From: an uncultured Bacillota bacterium
GTDB taxonomy: Bacteria; Sysuimicrobiota; Sysuimicrobiia; Sysuimicrobiales; Segetimicrobiaceae
Assembly (NCBI GenBank): GCA_963804645.1
Contig: CAWDRG010000015.1
Coordinates: 416,001-480,000, forward strand
Reading direction: 5' to 3'
DNA length: 64,000 bases
Shown piece after piece: positions 18,929 through 28,383 of this stretch. A program made the position numbers and the translations under genes. The number at the start of each line of letters is the position of its first letter. Within the stretch, counting starts at the first letter, position 1. A model generated the notes under the pieces. It was not told the origin of the DNA and searched no databases. It worked only from the letters and a program-made list of their open reading frames with translations.

Positions 18929-20767
18929 CTAGCCCGCCCGCTCGCGCTCCTGATCCTGGAACTGCAGCCGGTACAGCTTGGCGTAGATCCCGTGCTGGCG
19001 GAGCAGGTCTTCGTGCCGGCCCTGTTCGGCGACGCGCCCCTTGTGCAGCACGAGGATGCGGTCGGCGTGACGGATCGTGGACAGCCGATGGGCGATCGTG
19101 ACCGACGTCCGGCCGCGCATGGCCGTCGCCATGGCGCGCTGGATCAGCGCTTCGGTCTCCGCGTCCACGCTGCTCGTCGCCTCGTCCAGCACGAGCAGGA
19201 TCTCCGGGTCCGCGGCGAGCGCCCGCGCGAATGCGATCAGCTGCTTTTGGCCGACCGACAGCCCGCCGCCCCGCTCGCGGAGTTCCGCCGCGTACCCTCC
19301 GGGCAGCGCCGAGATGAACCGATCGGCGCCGACGCGCTCGGCGATCCGACGCACGTCGTCCGTCGAGAGCGCGGGGTTTGCGAGGCGGATGTTGCTCTCG
19401 ACGGTGCCCGCGAAGAGGAACACGTCTTGGAGGACGAGGCCGATGCGTCGGCGCAGCTCCCGCTGCGCGACCTGCCGTACGTCGACGCCGTCGACCAGCA
19501 CCTGTCCCCGCTGCGGGTCGTAGAAGCGGGTGAGCAGATTCAAGATCGAGGTCTTCCCGGCGCCGGTGTGCCCCACGAGTGCCACGGCTTCTCCCGGTTC
19601 GATCGTGAATGAGACCCCGCGCAGCGCCCACGTGTCGTCGTTATCGTACGAAAACCACACGTCCCTGAATTCGATGCGTCCCTGGGGCGCGGGCAGCACG
19701 ACCGGGACCGGCGGATCCTCCACGGTCACCGGTTCGTCGAGGACGCGGAAGATGCGCTCCGAGGACGCCATCGCCGTCTGGAGGATGTTGAATTTGTCCG
19801 ACAGGTCGCGCAGCGGGTCGAAGAACCGCTCCGCGTACTGGACGGCGGCGACCAGCACCCCGAGGGTCGCGGCGTGGCGGACCACCTGGCCGCCGCCGTA
19901 CCACAGCAGGACGGCGACCCCGGCGGATCCCAAGAACTGAATCGCCGGGTAGAACAGCGAGTAGTTTTTCGTCGAGTTCAGATTGGCCGCGTACAGATCC
20001 GTATTCAGCTCGTCGAAGCGCCGCAGTGTCTGGGGTTCCTGGTTGAACAGCTGGGTGATCGTCATCCCCATGATGTGTTCGTTCAGGAACGCGTTGAGGC
20101 GGGCGAGGCGAGTCCGCACGGCACGGTAGATGTCCCGCGATCGCAGCCGGAAGCGTTCGGTCACCGCGTACACCACCGGCAGCACGGTGAACGCGGCGAG
20201 CGCCAGCCGCCAATCCATCCACAGCATGATCGCCGCGATGCCGAGGAGCGTTGCGATGTCGCCGAAGATCGCCACCACGCCCGAGGTGACGAGGTCGTTC
20301 AGCGCGTCCACGTCGTTGGTGACGCGCGTCACGAGCCGTCCCACCGGCGCCCGGTTGAAGAACGCCATCGGAAGCCGCTGGAGGTGCTCGAACATCTGCC
20401 CCCGCATGTCCGCCATCACGCCCTGGCCCACGAACTGCATCAAGTAGCTCTGGAACCAGTGCGCGACAAACCCGATCGCCAGGATCACGACGTACAGCAC
20501 GGCCACCCCGGCGAGCCCGCGCAGATCGCCGGCGCTGGATCCGGGCCCGCCGGGCAGGTGCGGGACGCCGGCGGGCGCGATGTAGCGGTCGATCGCGATC
20601 CGGTACAGCCACGGGCCGGCCAGATCGGTCGCGGAGCCGAGGAGCAGCGCCGCGATGGCGGCCGCCACCGCGCTCCGGTACGGGCGGACGTACGCCAAGA
20701 GACGCCGCATCAGGCGAGCGTCGTACGCCCGGCCGAGGATGTCGTCGTCTTCGAGGAGGTGACTCAT
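18929..20767 (-). CDS. ABC exporter fused permease/ATPase subunit
   Basis: TM domain plus GHTGAGKT, LSVGQKQ (degenerate signature), LDEATS, AHRLST. Confidence 0.95.
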   Translation of the reverse strand: MSHLLEDDDILGRAYDARLMRRLLAYVRPYRSAVAAAIAALLLGSATDLAGPWLYRIAIDRYIAPAGVPHLPGGPGSSAGDLRGLAGVAVLYVVILAIGFVAHWFQSYLMQFVGQGVMADMRGQMFEHLQRLPMAFFNRAPVGRLVTRVTNDVDALNDLVTSGVVAIFGDIATLLGIAAIMLWMDWRLALAAFTVLPVVYAVTERFRLRSRDIYRAVRTRLARLNAFLNEHIMGMTITQLFNQEPQTLRRFDELNTDLYAANLNSTKNYSLFYPAIQFLGSAGVAVLLWYGGGQVVRHAATLGVLVAAVQYAERFFDPLRDLSDKFNILQTAMASSERIFRVLDEPVTVEDPPVPVVLPAPQGRIEFRDVWFSYDNDDTWALRGVSFTIEPGEAVALVGHTGAGKTSILNLLTRFYDPQRGQVLVDGVDVRQVAQRELRRRIGLVLQDVFLFAGTVESNIRLANPALSTDDVRRIAERVGADRFISALPGGYAAELRERGGGLSVGQKQLIAFARALAADPEILLVLDEATSSVDAETEALIQRAMATAMRGRTSVTIAHRLSTIRHADRILVLHKGRVAEQGRHEDLLRQHGIYAKLYRLQFQDQERERAG

Positions 20768-22590
20768 GCGTCCGGTCCGTCCGGCGGGACCAGCGCCGCG
20801 GCCGCGTCGCGGTGGTCGGGCGTGGGGTCTGCCGCCTCCAGCTCCTCTTGCAGCAGCTGCCGCTCATAGAGATCCGCGTACAGGCCCCCTTGGGCGACGA
20901 GGGTCTCGTGCGCGCCTTCCTCCGCGACGCGGCCGTCGCGGAGCACGACGATCCAATCGGCGTGCTTGATCGCGGAGATGCGGTGCGAGATCACGAGACA
21001 CGTCCGCGACGCCATGACGTCCCGCAACCGCGCGAGAATGCGCCGCTCCGTGTCCGTGTCGACGCTGCTCAGCGCGTCGTCGAGAATCAGGATCCGCGGG
21101 TCGCGGATCACCGCCCGGGCGAGCGCGGTCCGCTGCTTCTGTCCTCCGGAGAGGGTCACGCCCCGCTCGCCCACGACCGTCTCGTAGCCCGCCGGGAAGC
21201 CCTCGATGTCGACCGTGAGCTGGGCGACGTCGGCGGCCGCCGCGACCGGGTCACGCCCGTCGGTCAGCGCACGCCGGCCGGCGTCGCCGTGATCGTCGCG
21301 GCCGAGGGCGATGTTTTCCCGGAGCGTGTCGGAAAACAGGAACGTCTCTTGCGGCACGAGCGCGATCGCACGCCGCACCGACGCGAGCGTCAGATGGCGG
21401 ACGTCCTGACCGTCGATGAGCACCTGGCCTTCGACGGGATCGTACAGGCGCGGGACGAGTCCCACGAGCGTGCTCTTGCCGGCGCCGGTCGGCCCGACGA
21501 TCGCGACGGTGCGGCCCGCGGGAATGGTCAGCGAGACGTCCCGGAGCACCGGCTGGCCGTCGAACGCGACGGTGACGTGCCGGAACTCGATCGCCCCGCG
21601 GGGCGCCGTGAGGACGCCCGCGTCGGGGTCGTCCCGTACATCCGGGGGCGTGGCGAAGATCTCGTCCAGTCGAATCATCGACGCGCTTCCCTGCTGCCAC
21701 AGGTTCGTGATCCAGCCGAGCGCGATCATCGGGAAGCTTAACCGGGCCAGGTAGTACGAGAACTGCACGAGCTGCCCCAGCGTGAGGCGACCTCCGATCA
21801 CCTCGCCGCCGCCCTGCCAGAGGAGGATGACGGACGCGACGCCGACGACGAGGCCGATCGCCGGCCACAGGGCGCCCTGGACCCGCGCCAGCCGCAAGTT
21901 CGTGTGGCCGACCAGATCCACCTCGCGGCGGAAGCGCGCGCTCTCGGCCGGCTCCTGCGCGAACGCCTTGACGACGCGGATGCCGCTGAAGTTTTCCTGC
22001 GCCCGCGTCGACAAGGCGCTGAACTGCGCCTGGACCTGATCGAACCGCCGGTGAATCTCACGCCCGAGGAACAGAAACAGCAGGGTGATCACCGGCAGGA
22101 CCGAGAGCATCGAGAGCGTGAGCCGCGGGCTCAGGCTGAACATGAACGCGATCGAGGCCACCAGCATGATGGTGGTCTGCACGGAGCGCATCAACCCGAC
22201 GCCCGCGAGGCGCTGGACCGCGCGGATGTCGTTCACGGCCCGGGCCATCAGGTCGCCGGTGGGCACCCGCTGGAAGAACGCCAGCGACATGCGCTGCAGG
22301 TGCGCGAAGTAGTCGTGGCGCAGCTCCGATTCAATCCGGTACGCCGTGCCGAGGATCTGGATGCGTGTCAGATAGCTGGAGGCGTTCTCGGCCAGCGCAA
22401 AGAGCAGCAGCGCGCCGGCGAGCAGCGCGAGCCGCGTCCCCGCCTGTCCGCGCTGGATCGCGTCGATCGCGCCGCGCAGGACCCACGGCGCGGACATCGC
22501 CATGGCGACGGAGAACGCCGACGCCGCGTACCCGATCACGTACGCGCGCCGGTGCCGAAGGACGTACTGCCAGAAGCGTCTGCTGTGCAT
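20764..22590 (-). CDS. ABC exporter fused permease/ATPase subunit (heterodimer partner)
   Basis: GPTGAGKS, LSGGQKQR, LDDALS (non-canonical Walker B), SHRIS; overlaps partner by 4 nt, as in MdlAB/TM287-288-type heterodimers. Confidence 0.95.
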   Translation of the reverse strand: MHSRRFWQYVLRHRRAYVIGYAASAFSVAMAMSAPWVLRGAIDAIQRGQAGTRLALLAGALLLFALAENASSYLTRIQILGTAYRIESELRHDYFAHLQRMSLAFFQRVPTGDLMARAVNDIRAVQRLAGVGLMRSVQTTIMLVASIAFMFSLSPRLTLSMLSVLPVITLLFLFLGREIHRRFDQVQAQFSALSTRAQENFSGIRVVKAFAQEPAESARFRREVDLVGHTNLRLARVQGALWPAIGLVVGVASVILLWQGGGEVIGGRLTLGQLVQFSYYLARLSFPMIALGWITNLWQQGSASMIRLDEIFATPPDVRDDPDAGVLTAPRGAIEFRHVTVAFDGQPVLRDVSLTIPAGRTVAIVGPTGAGKSTLVGLVPRLYDPVEGQVLIDGQDVRHLTLASVRRAIALVPQETFLFSDTLRENIALGRDDHGDAGRRALTDGRDPVAAAADVAQLTVDIEGFPAGYETVVGERGVTLSGGQKQRTALARAVIRDPRILILDDALSSVDTDTERRILARLRDVMASRTCLVISHRISAIKHADWIVVLRDGRVAEEGAHETLVAQGGLYADLYERQLLQEELEAADPTPDHRDAAAALVPPDGPDA

Positions 22591-22642
22591 GCTCTACGTG
22601 GAAGGAACGAGCAAACGGGACGGCGTATGCCGCCCCGCGCCG

Positions 22643-23284
22643 CTACCGCCGCTGGGCGAGCACCACCCCGTCGCGCAGCGGCACGAGCACGCTCGCGAAC
22701 TCGGGGTCTGCAAACACGGTGCGCGTGAGCTCCCGGACCCCCTCGGTATCCGGGTCCGTGGCCGACGCATCGAGGACGCGACCGGACCACAGCATGTTGT
22801 CGACGATCATGAGCCCGCCGGACGGCAGGTGGGACTTGATCACCGGGAGCGACGCCGGGTACGCTTTCTTGTTGATGTCATTAAAGATGATCTCAAACGT
22901 GCCGTCCGTGCGGCCGAGCTCCGCGACGGCTTCGCCTACCCGGTACCGGACGATCCCGTCGAGGCCGAGCCGGCCGAGATACCCTCGCGCCGAACCCGAC
23001 AGCGCCTCGTCCCAGACCACATGGGTCACCTCTCCGCCGCCGTTGTCGCGGACGCCCATCGCGAACCATGCGGTGGAGTATCCGAACCCCGATCCCATCT
23101 CAAAGACCCGGCGCGCACCCCGGAGCCGGGTGAGCAGATAGAGCAACTGGCCGACGGCGGGGCCGACGATCGGGAAGCGCTCCTTCCGGGCGCGGGCCTC
23201 CATCTCCTCGAGCACCGGGTCCCGCCGGGGCATGATCTCCTCGAGATACTGCGAGATCGCGGATAGGTCGAGCGGTCGGGCCAT
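22643..23284 (-). CDS. Class I SAM-dependent O-methyltransferase
   Basis: FPIVGP, EMGSGFGYS, D-x-x-K-x-x-Y, DNMLWSG, PLRDG; RBS GAGGAG. Confidence 0.9.
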   Translation of the reverse strand: MARPLDLSAISQYLEEIMPRRDPVLEEMEARARKERFPIVGPAVGQLLYLLTRLRGARRVFEMGSGFGYSTAWFAMGVRDNGGGEVTHVVWDEALSGSARGYLGRLGLDGIVRYRVGEAVAELGRTDGTFEIIFNDINKKAYPASLPVIKSHLPSGGLMIVDNMLWSGRVLDASATDPDTEGVRELTRTVFADPEFASVLVPLRDGVVLAQRR

Positions 23285-23536
23285 GGTGATCTCCTCTCCT
23301 CGGCACCTGTCGGGCGTCCACGTCCGTGACTGCCGCCGTACGTTTGTCTGCGCGACCGTGTGCGGTATCTCCTTGTTGGAGCCGGGGCACGGCAGGTGTT
23401 CGGCGCAGGTGTCGCCGGAGCGCCGCGTCGAATGGCGCGGGGGCAGCGGTTCGGTCTCGCCTGGGAGCGGGCCGAGTCGGTTGACACGGATCGGTGGCCC
23501 AACGGACGCGGCGCGGCCGCGCAGAGCGGGGGAGCT

Positions 23537-24311
23537 ATGTATCTCGGGTGCAGTTCTCAATCGTACGACGACGTCCTGCAGAGCGGGGAGCTCACGCTGG
23601 TCGATTGGCTCACGCTGGCGGCGGACGACCTTGGGCTCCGCGCGGTGGAGTTGGAGGACAAGCACATCGGAGACCCGACGCCCGCGCGGCTGGATCAGCT
23701 GCGTGCCGCCGCGGAACGACACGGCCTGGAACTTGTGAACATCGCGTTGATGAACAACTTCGGCGTCGAGCGCGCAGACCGCCGGGCCGGCGAGGAGGCC
23801 CGCACGATCGAATGGATCGCTGTCGCACGGCGTCTCGGGGCACGGCATCTGCGGACCTTCGCCGGGTGGCCGGAGGGGGACCGCGAGGCGCGCTGGCCGG
23901 GGATGGTGGCGTCGCTGCGACTCGTGTGCGCAGGCGCGGCGGCGGCGGGGATGCCGCTCGTGATGGAAAACCACAACCACGGGGGATTCGTCCAGACCGC
24001 CGCGGATGTGGAGGCGATTTTCGGCGCCGTCGCGAGCCCCGCGCTCGGGCTGCTGCTGGATACGGGGAACTTTCTCGACGGTCTGCCGTCGATCATCCGG
24101 ACGGCGCCGCTGGCCGCGCACGTCCACGCCAAATGCATGCGCATCGCACCGGACGGGCATGACGAGCGGGTGGACAACGAAGGCGCGCTGCGTGCCGTGA
24201 GCGGCCGCCGGCTACCGGGGCTGCGTGTCGGTGGAGTACGAAGGCGAGGAGCCGAGCCGGACCGCCGTGCCTCGCGCGATCCAGTTTCTCCGCCGGCTGC
24301 TCGGCGAGTAG
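23537..24311 (+). CDS. Sugar phosphate isomerase/epimerase (xylose isomerase-like TIM barrel), frameshifted near 24200
   Basis: MENHNHGG, LDTGNF, HVHAK, then GYRGCVSVEYEG...LLGE-stop (TAG 24309-24311) in a second frame. Confidence 0.85.
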
Positions 24312-24333
24312 CTTCCGCCCGGGCGCCGGTCGC

Positions 24334-25248
24334 ATGCGCACCGTCGTCGTCACGGGTTCGCACGGGCTGATCGGGTCGGCCCTCGTGCCCGCGCTGGAGG
24401 CCGGGGGAGCCCGTGTGATCCCGCTGGTGCGCGCCGCAGGCGCGCCCCGGCCGGGCGCGCTGTCCTGGGATCCCAGCCGGGGGCGGCTCGATCCGGGCGG
24501 CCTGGAGGGCGTCGACGCGGTCGTTCACTTGGGCGGGGAGAATATCGCGGCGGGGCGGTGGACGGCCGACCGAAAGACGCGCATCCGGCGCAGCCGGATC
24601 GAAGGCACGGCGCTGCTCGCGCGTACGCTGGCAGGGCCTGGGACGCGCCCGCGCGTCTTTGTGTGCGCGTCCGCCACCGGCTACTATGGCGATCGCGGCG
24701 ACGAGGTATTGGATGAGGAGAGCCCTCCGGGAACCGGCTTTCTGGCCGACGTGTGCCGGGAGTGGGAGGCCGCGGCCGATCCCGCCCGGGCCGCAGGCGT
24801 CCGTGTCGTGCATCTTCGAACGGGAACGGTGCTGTCGACGACCGGAGGGGCGCTTGGCCAGCTGCTTCCCGTCTTTCGCATGGGGGCGGGGGGACCGCTC
24901 GGCAGCGGCAGGCAGTACATGAGCTGGATCGCGCTGGCGGACGCGGTGGCGGTGATTCAGCACCTGCTGGCGCACGAGGAGATCGCGGGACCCGTGAATG
25001 TCGTGGCGCCCCACCCCGTCACCAACCAGGAGTTTACCCGGGCGCTGGGCCGGGTGCTCCACCGGCCGACGCTTGTCTCTGTTCCGGCCGTGGCGCTGCG
25101 GATGCTATTTGGTGAGCTCGCCGACAGCGCGCTGCTGGCGAGCGCGCGCGTCGAGCCGGTCCGGCTGCTCCGGTCGGGGTATGCGTTCCGGCTGCCCGAG
25201 ATCGAGGGCGCCCTTCGCGCGCTCGTGTCCCCGGGCGCACGTAGCTGA
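24334..25248 (+). CDS. TIGR01777-family NAD-dependent epimerase/oxidoreductase
   Basis: TGSHGLIG, RWT..RK..IRRSR, SATGYYG, FLADVCREWE, GSGRQYMSWI. Confidence 0.92.
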   Translation: MRTVVVTGSHGLIGSALVPALEAGGARVIPLVRAAGAPRPGALSWDPSRGRLDPGGLEGVDAVVHLGGENIAAGRWTADRKTRIRRSRIEGTALLARTLAGPGTRPRVFVCASATGYYGDRGDEVLDEESPPGTGFLADVCREWEAAADPARAAGVRVVHLRTGTVLSTTGGALGQLLPVFRMGAGGPLGSGRQYMSWIALADAVAVIQHLLAHEEIAGPVNVVAPHPVTNQEFTRALGRVLHRPTLVSVPAVALRMLFGELADSALLASARVEPVRLLRSGYAFRLPEIEGALRALVSPGARS

Positions 25249-25257
25249 ACGGGGGGG

Positions 25258-25287
25258 TTGCGGGCGAGGCGACGGGTTGGATATAAT
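25258..25287 (+). promoter_or_regulatory. Promoter of tRNA-Ala
   Basis: TTGCGG-N18-TATAAT about 75 nt upstream of the tRNA. Confidence 0.55.
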
Positions 25288-25361
25288 TGGGTCGGCCTCC
25301 TGGTGTGAGCGGGGCGGCGGTCCGTGTGCGGCGGAACGCGACAAACGGTGCGAACGTCTGT

Positions 25362-25437
25362 GGGGACGTAGCTCAGCTGGGAGAGCGCCTGAATCGCACT
25401 CAGGAGGTCGGCGGTTCAAATCCGCTCGTCTCCACCA
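25362..25437 (+). tRNA. tRNA-Ala (anticodon CGC)
   Basis: 76-nt cloverleaf: acceptor GGGGACG/CGTCTCC with G3:U70, anticodon arm CCTGA-ATCGCAC-TCAGG, GGTTCAAATCC T-arm, encoded CCA. Confidence 0.97.
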
Positions 25438-26500
25438 TCGAAAAGAATTCGAACCACCGTCCCGGTTTGTCACTTCCTCGGGGGTTTCCAGGAGCGTCAG
25501 GGTATTGAGTGACGTGGTGGCTCGGTAGTAGGGGGCGGCCGATCCGGCCTCTCGTCGGCTCAAGGCGTAACGGACCGAGCAGGGTCCTGAGGATCGGTCC
25601 GGAGCGGCCGGGGGTTCGCTCGAGGATCTCTTTGAATTGACCGAGGCGCTCCTCGAGCCATTCCAGCGGTGGCGCTTGGAAGACTTTGTCCCGACTGCGG
25701 CGCAATCCGTGAAGCTCGTCGTTGAGCGAGGTCACTTTGCGTTCGGTGTCTTCCAGGGCCTGCGCGACGCTGCGGCTGCCGCGGCCCTCGCCGATGAAAT
25801 CGAGAAAGTTCGCCAGCCGCCGTTCTTCGGCGATGGAGTTCGGTCTCCTTCAGCCGGATGGCGTCCGGGACATGCGCATACAGTTTGGCGACTTCCTCCT
25901 CCACGCGCCGGAGGGTGTACTGGAGGTGTGCGGGCTTCGACAGCCGTTCGCGGACGGCCTCGAGGACGATCCGTTCCACCAAGGTGCGGCGGACGAGCAA
26001 TTTGTTGTCGCAGGCGCCCTTGGTGGCGCCAATGCACCCGTAGTACCCGCCCGCTTTCCCGCTCACCTGGCCGATGGTGGCCCCACAGAGACCGCAGACG
26101 AGCGTCCCGGAGAGCAGGTGGGTGGGGAAGAGCTGCTCGCGGCCTCCTTGGGCGGCGGAGAATCCGCGGCGTCCCTTCCCGCCCGGCCAGCTGCGTCGGA
26201 CCTCGAGGCGGCGGGCGCGGACAGCGTCCCACACGTCCGCCGGCACGATGCGCAACGTCGCGTCCTCGTGGGCGATCCATTCCGAGGCCGGCTTCGGAAA
26301 GGGACGCCGTCTGCCGGTTTTGGGATCTCGGCGCAGTTCGTGCTTGTTCCAGACCCAGTGGCCCACGTATTTCTCATTGTCGAGGAGGCGGCTCACCGTC
26401 GCCGGCGACCAGCCGTTGGCGGATGCGAATGCGGCCGGGCACGGCATCCTGATTCAGCAGGCGGACGATGCGGATGAGGGCCACGGCGAATTCGAGCACA
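25430..26500 (-). pseudogene. Large serine recombinase remnant (recombinase, Zn-ribbon and coiled-coil parts; catalytic N-terminus missing)
   Basis: WSPATVSRLLDNEKYVG, LRIVP..VWDAV, HLLSGTLVCGLCG, YYGC; several frameshifts; 3' end runs into the tRNA. Confidence 0.88.
25458..25923. repeat. Direct repeat copy 1 (about 460 bp, 3' end of the recombinase gene)
   Basis: Near-identical to 36853..37312 (starts CGTCCCGGTTTGTCACTTCCTCGGGGG, ends GGAGGGTGTACTGG). Confidence 0.95.
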
Positions 26501-26549
26501 TTCCGGGCGGAGAAGCGGCGACTGCTGCCGCGCCCGTTGGCACGTGCTC

Positions 26550-26813
26550 TCATGACGGCGCAAGACGCGCGCTCGTCAAATGGGTGTGCCTGTGCTTGTT
26601 CGCGTAGTGTCGCCGACGTCCGCGTTGTCCGCTCCCAACCACCCACCGCCACAGTCTCGGGCGGCTGAGACGAACCGCACGACCCAAGCGAATAGTGATC
26701 CCCTCCGGGAAAACACCCTGAGCTACAAGCGCATACAGTCTCCGCGGCGACATGCCAAGAAGCCTTGCAGCTTGCGGGACTGTGAGGAGCAACATGTTCT
26801 CTACTGCACTCAC
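26550..26813 (-). CDS. Excisionase-like HTH (MerR/HTH_17-type) protein
   Basis: LLTVPQAARLLGMSPRRLYALV...IRLGRAVR; directly upstream of the recombinase remnant; RBS GAGG. Confidence 0.82.
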   Translation of the reverse strand: MSAVENMLLLTVPQAARLLGMSPRRLYALVAQGVFPEGITIRLGRAVRLSRPRLWRWVVGSGQRGRRRHYANKHRHTHLTSARLAPS

Positions 26814-26959
26814 CTCGAGGTCTCGAAGGTGACGGGACCGGTTGCTGCGGGATCAGTGCGCCGGTGTATGAGGCTGTGGCGGGGGTTACCCGTGTTGAGG
26901 TTCGTCGTGATCGCCACCATGCGAACCCGTCTGATTGGCAGACCCAATTTACTACCGGT

Positions 26960-26988
26960 ATATTACTAATAGGAGGTCAGTTTGTCAA
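26960..26988 (-). promoter_or_regulatory. Leftward sigma70 promoter for xis/recombinase
   Basis: Minus strand TTGACA (26988-26983), 17-nt spacer, TAATAT (26965-26960). Confidence 0.6.
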
Positions 26989-27010
26989 GAGAGTCAAGAG
27001 AGTCAAGAGA
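26984..27010. repeat. Tandem 9-mer GTCAAGAGA x3
   Basis: Three exact copies between the divergent promoters. Confidence 0.9.
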
Positions 27011-27041
27011 GTTAGTATATGAGTGAGGGTAATAGAGTTTA

Positions 27042-27050
27042 TGGTATAAT
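27042..27050 (+). promoter_or_regulatory. Extended -10 promoter, probably giving a leaderless transcript
   Basis: TGGTATAAT ends 6 nt before ATG 27057; no Shine-Dalgarno. Confidence 0.6.
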
Positions 27051-27056
27051 CGGTCT

Positions 27057-27221
27057 ATGGCCAAGGTGAAATTATCGGGTTACCGCTGTGAGCGTTGCGG
27101 CCACGAATGGGTACCCCGCGAGAAGGGGCAAGAACCACGGGTATGCCCTAAGTGCAAGAGTTCCTATTGGGATGTCCCTCGCGGTAAGGGTAATACGCGA
27201 GACAAGAAGTCTCCAACATAG
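27057..27221 (+). CDS. 54-aa zinc-ribbon protein (absent from the supplied ORF track)
   Basis: Hand translation MAKVKLSGYRCERCGHEWVPREKGQEPRVCPKCKSSYWDVPRGKGNTRDKKSPT; CxxC-x15-CxxC. Confidence 0.8.
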   Translation: MAKVKLSGYRCERCGHEWVPREKGQEPRVCPKCKSSYWDVPRGKGNTRDKKSPT

Positions 27222-27249
27222 CCTGCAGCGGCGGGAAGGAGAGGGGTAA

Positions 27250-27522
27250 GTGCGGACTATCAAGGCAAAATACAGGACGCACGGCGGGTTCTTCGAACCA
27301 CTCGAGCCGGTGGAACTTCCCGATGAGGCTGTCGTCGATGTTGCTGTCCCCGACGCCGAAGCCGGAGAGAACATGGATGCTATCATCGTGGCCGAGCCGA
27401 CCGAGGAGACGATCGAGGCCTTTCACCGCTCCGCTGGTGGCTGGAAGGACCTGCTCACGGAGGAGTTCATCGCGGAGGTCCACAAGCGACGGGAAGTTCA
27501 GCGTCCACCGATTGACCTGTGA
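27250..27522 (+). CDS. Antitoxin, DUF104/AF2212-like (VapB-type)
   Basis: MRTIKAKY..GGFFEPLEPVELPDE N-terminus; overlaps the toxin start (GTGA). Confidence 0.8.
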   Translation: MRTIKAKYRTHGGFFEPLEPVELPDEAVVDVAVPDAEAGENMDAIIVAEPTEETIEAFHRSAGGWKDLLTEEFIAEVHKRREVQRPPIDL

Positions 27523-27929
27523 GACTGGCATACCTCGTCGACACCGATTGGGCCGTTTGGTGGATGCGCGGCCGGTCCGAAGTGATCGCGCTTCTTACCC
27601 CAAAGGAGCGCGATGGGCTCGCGATCAGCGTCGTGACCCTGGCGGAGCTTTACGAGGGGATCGAAAGCACGAGGGACCCCAGCGCGGCCCGGCCTGTGCT
27701 GGATGACTTCCTGAAGCTCGTGACGGTCATTCCTTTCTCAGAGAAAGTGGCAGCGCGTTTCGGGGTAGAATCGGCCAGGCTGCGACGTCTGGGGCAACCT
27801 CTTCCTGACTTCGATCTTGTCATTGCGGTGACGGCCATGCAGCACGCGCTTACCCTGCTGACAGAGGACCGCCACTTCGAGCGGTTCCCGAACCTTGTCA
27901 TTGAATCGATGTACGGGACCGGTCGTTGA
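27519..27929 (+). CDS. vapC: PIN-domain type II toxin
   Basis: YLVDTD, ISVVTLAELYEG, DFDLVIA, LLTEDRHF with the conserved acidic residues present. Confidence 0.92.
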   Translation: MRLAYLVDTDWAVWWMRGRSEVIALLTPKERDGLAISVVTLAELYEGIESTRDPSAARPVLDDFLKLVTVIPFSEKVAARFGVESARLRRLGQPLPDFDLVIAVTAMQHALTLLTEDRHFERFPNLVIESMYGTGR

Positions 27930-28088
27930 AGGCGAGAGTGAAAGGGTATGCGCTGTGCCGGTCGCTTGCCCGCCAGTCTTTTCGCGACCCGCTTCCTAGG
28001 CCGATGAGCCACTCGCCAATCTCCATAAATAACATCAAACAACATCGCCCCGTATAGTGGTCGGGGTCCGGCCGGTCAAGGGCGCGAT

Positions 28089-28247
28089 ATGATGAACTTG
28101 GTCGTCCAGAACGCAATGGCAAAACCGGAACTCCCAGCCACGATTCGCATCGTCCGTGAAGGCGATGCGTTGATCGCGTACGCCACGGAGCTTGACGTTG
28201 ACCTACCAGGAGAAGATCGGGCCACTGGGCTTGGCCTTTCACTGTGA
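28089..28247 (+). pseudogene. Possible HicB-like antitoxin fragment
   Basis: Short ORF containing IVREGDALIAYATELDV, reminiscent of the HicB N-terminus, then diverges. Confidence 0.3.
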
Positions 28248-28383
28248 TGGCGCTCAGTAGCCAAGATGCTCCCTCAAGCGACCTCAGGGCGCGGTAGGAA
28301 GTCGACTGCCCTGTGGTCAGCTGGCTCGCCAGCGTCCGCGTAATCGTGAGACGGTTTGAGCCATTACTTCGAGACGTTCCGCG

